In this document: one piece after another, positions 35,329 to 37,205 of the stretch
How the letters are laid out: each line of letters begins with the position of its first letter
Position numbering within the stretch: position 1 is the stretch's first letter
Assembly: GCA_002633005.1 (NCBI GenBank)
Contig: NMRA01001232.1
Location: 1-37,205, forward strand
Direction: 5' to 3'
Origin: Phoronis australis
Lineage: Eukaryota; Animalia; Phoronida
Length of the DNA stretch: 37,205 nucleotides
Made by a program: the position numbers and the translations under genes
Notes under the pieces: model-generated
What the model saw: only the letters and a program-made list of their open reading frames with translations
Databases searched by the model: none
What the model was told of the DNA's origin: nothing

Positions 35329-37205
35329 GTAGTTGAATGGGATAATATGTAAAAAAACAGCAGATGATGAGCTATGTGGTTAGCTATGCATGTTCGAATA
35401 CCAGTTTGCTCTGTAGCTAAGTACACGTTTGGTCCTTAAGAACCCTCAGTTTTTCCTCCCGGGGTGTCTTTGAGAACAATGTATTCTTCATCCCAGGGAC
35501 GTTAACCAAATTGACAAATGCCGTGTTTGTTCTTCTTTCTGTCCGCTCACACAGTTGTTTATGTCATTTAAGTTTTAATCTTGAATTTTTAATAACTCAA
35601 ATCTAAGAAAAAACTCAAGTATGGTTTCGATGATCGCAGACAAGGAGAGATACCCGTTTGGCTTCCTTTTAAGTAAAATCAGTAGAAATAAATTTTACGC
35701 AAACTACCTGCATTAAACTTATTTTCAAATGATACCCTTTCCACGTGACTTCACATAAAACAACAGCACATTATGTACATTTGTTTGAAGTTCTAGGCTA
35801 TTCTTGGCTTAATAAGTCATCAGCAATTTAATGATCTTTTCCAGTACTTAGAAACGCCGCAAAAATACTTTTGTGGATGTGCTACATGTACAATATACCT
35901 GAAAACGCATTTTTATTATCTGACTTTTAATAATCAAATTTAAGATCAACAACATTAGTAACGTGAGACTAACAGTTTTAACAATATTTTTGCCTGTCGG
36001 CCATGGGTTCCTTTCTCTGGTTCCCGTGGTAGATACGTAATATTCCTCTACCGTGGGTGCCAGAAATGTGTTCCGCAGTTTGTGATGGGCTAATTGTGTT
36101 GTTTCAGCCGTTGTCTACTGCTCAGCGCCAACTACTGTTTTCATCCTATCAACTCCATTTTTCACAAGGGATGTGCAGCTTAAAATATTTGACTTTTTAG
36201 ATAACGAATAAGAAACTTTTATTTCGTCACACAAGTAAATTGCCAAGTAAAAAGACTCACGAAATGCTCTCTTACGGGTGACGACCCACAAACATTTACA
36301 GCAGGCTTGCCTGAGTTTTCTGCAGGCTGATCCATATTTCGGTTCGCCCAATGAGCCTATAACACGGAAATATTCAGCAGATACGCATTCAGGAAAGACC
36401 TGCATGTCTGAATCATAATTTTTTCACCAGTTTTATAGGCAGCGGATATCGAAACCATCCTACATGTATCTGTGGTAAATTTCCATAAACAAATTAAAAC
36501 TCCTACCTGTTGACACAATTACACAACGACAAATTTGTTTATTGACGCTCTTGCTTTTTTGCTCGTCGACTACTGTGCTGAAATACCCGTGTGTATATTC
36601 GTCACTTTCAAATTTAAGCCCGAATGGTACATATACACTATGTACATTCATTATTTTGATCTAACCATTAGTCCATCAACTTTTATCTTCTTACTATTCT
36701 CCTCTAGCTTGTCTGCAGAAAGCTCTGTTAACCTAATTACAGGTAAACGATACGTCCATGTTAAATGTTATGATGTCGACAGAAACGAAAAAATTTTCTA
36801 ATGATTTAAAGATGTGGAAACTATTAGCCTACTAATTTCGATGATAACTTGTATAGTGTTTGATTACCTTACAGGTAATAATCATAGAACCGCTTTTTGC
36901 TTTCTACTCGGTGATGGTGCACAACGTCGGCGCTATACCAGTCTTTGTAGCTCTGAAGCCACCGGTGAGCCTCCTGATGGGACAACCTACATGTAGGTTC
37001 TATGAATAGGTCTATTTTTACACAGCGTCCTAGCTTGTGTAAATAAAATCAGGAATAAATCATGACCTGTTTTTACATTGTTTATATCCATAAATCTGCC
37101 TCAAAGAAGCCTGTTTCAACTTCCTCTATGATGCAGGTCTGAAATAGAGTTCAACGGCAGGAAAGGAGGGAGGGGGGGAGAGAAAGAGAGAGGGAATGAG
37201 GGATG

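Overview
AT-rich eukaryotic (animal, probably invertebrate; this is inference) genomic DNA with spliceosomal introns and one assembly gap (6043-6199). Almost all ORFs in the six-frame track are spurious. (1) Right end, + strand: two intact exons (33010-33157, 35179-35328) of a kynurenine--oxoglutarate / glutamine transaminase K family gene (KYAT1/KYAT3-like) that continues beyond the window. (2) Left end, - strand: a decayed, intron-retaining pseudogene for an extracellular MAM-repeat/LDLa protein (~1161-6734) with stops, frameshifts and a dead splice acceptor. (3) The middle is a mosaic of mobile DNA: two copies of a tRNA-derived SINE, a ~4.8 kb TIR element carrying a diverged 1.55 kb internal duplication, a solo LTR with a perfect heat-shock element upstream of its TATA box, a THAP-domain remnant and MITEs. 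Possible C-type-lectin gene remnants and an 18-bp minisatellite also lie there. A LOA/I-clade LINE fragment and a palindromic fold-back array sit inside the KYAT intron. No prokaryotic operon or CRISPR array is supported. All family assignments are by-eye motif recognition, not database results.
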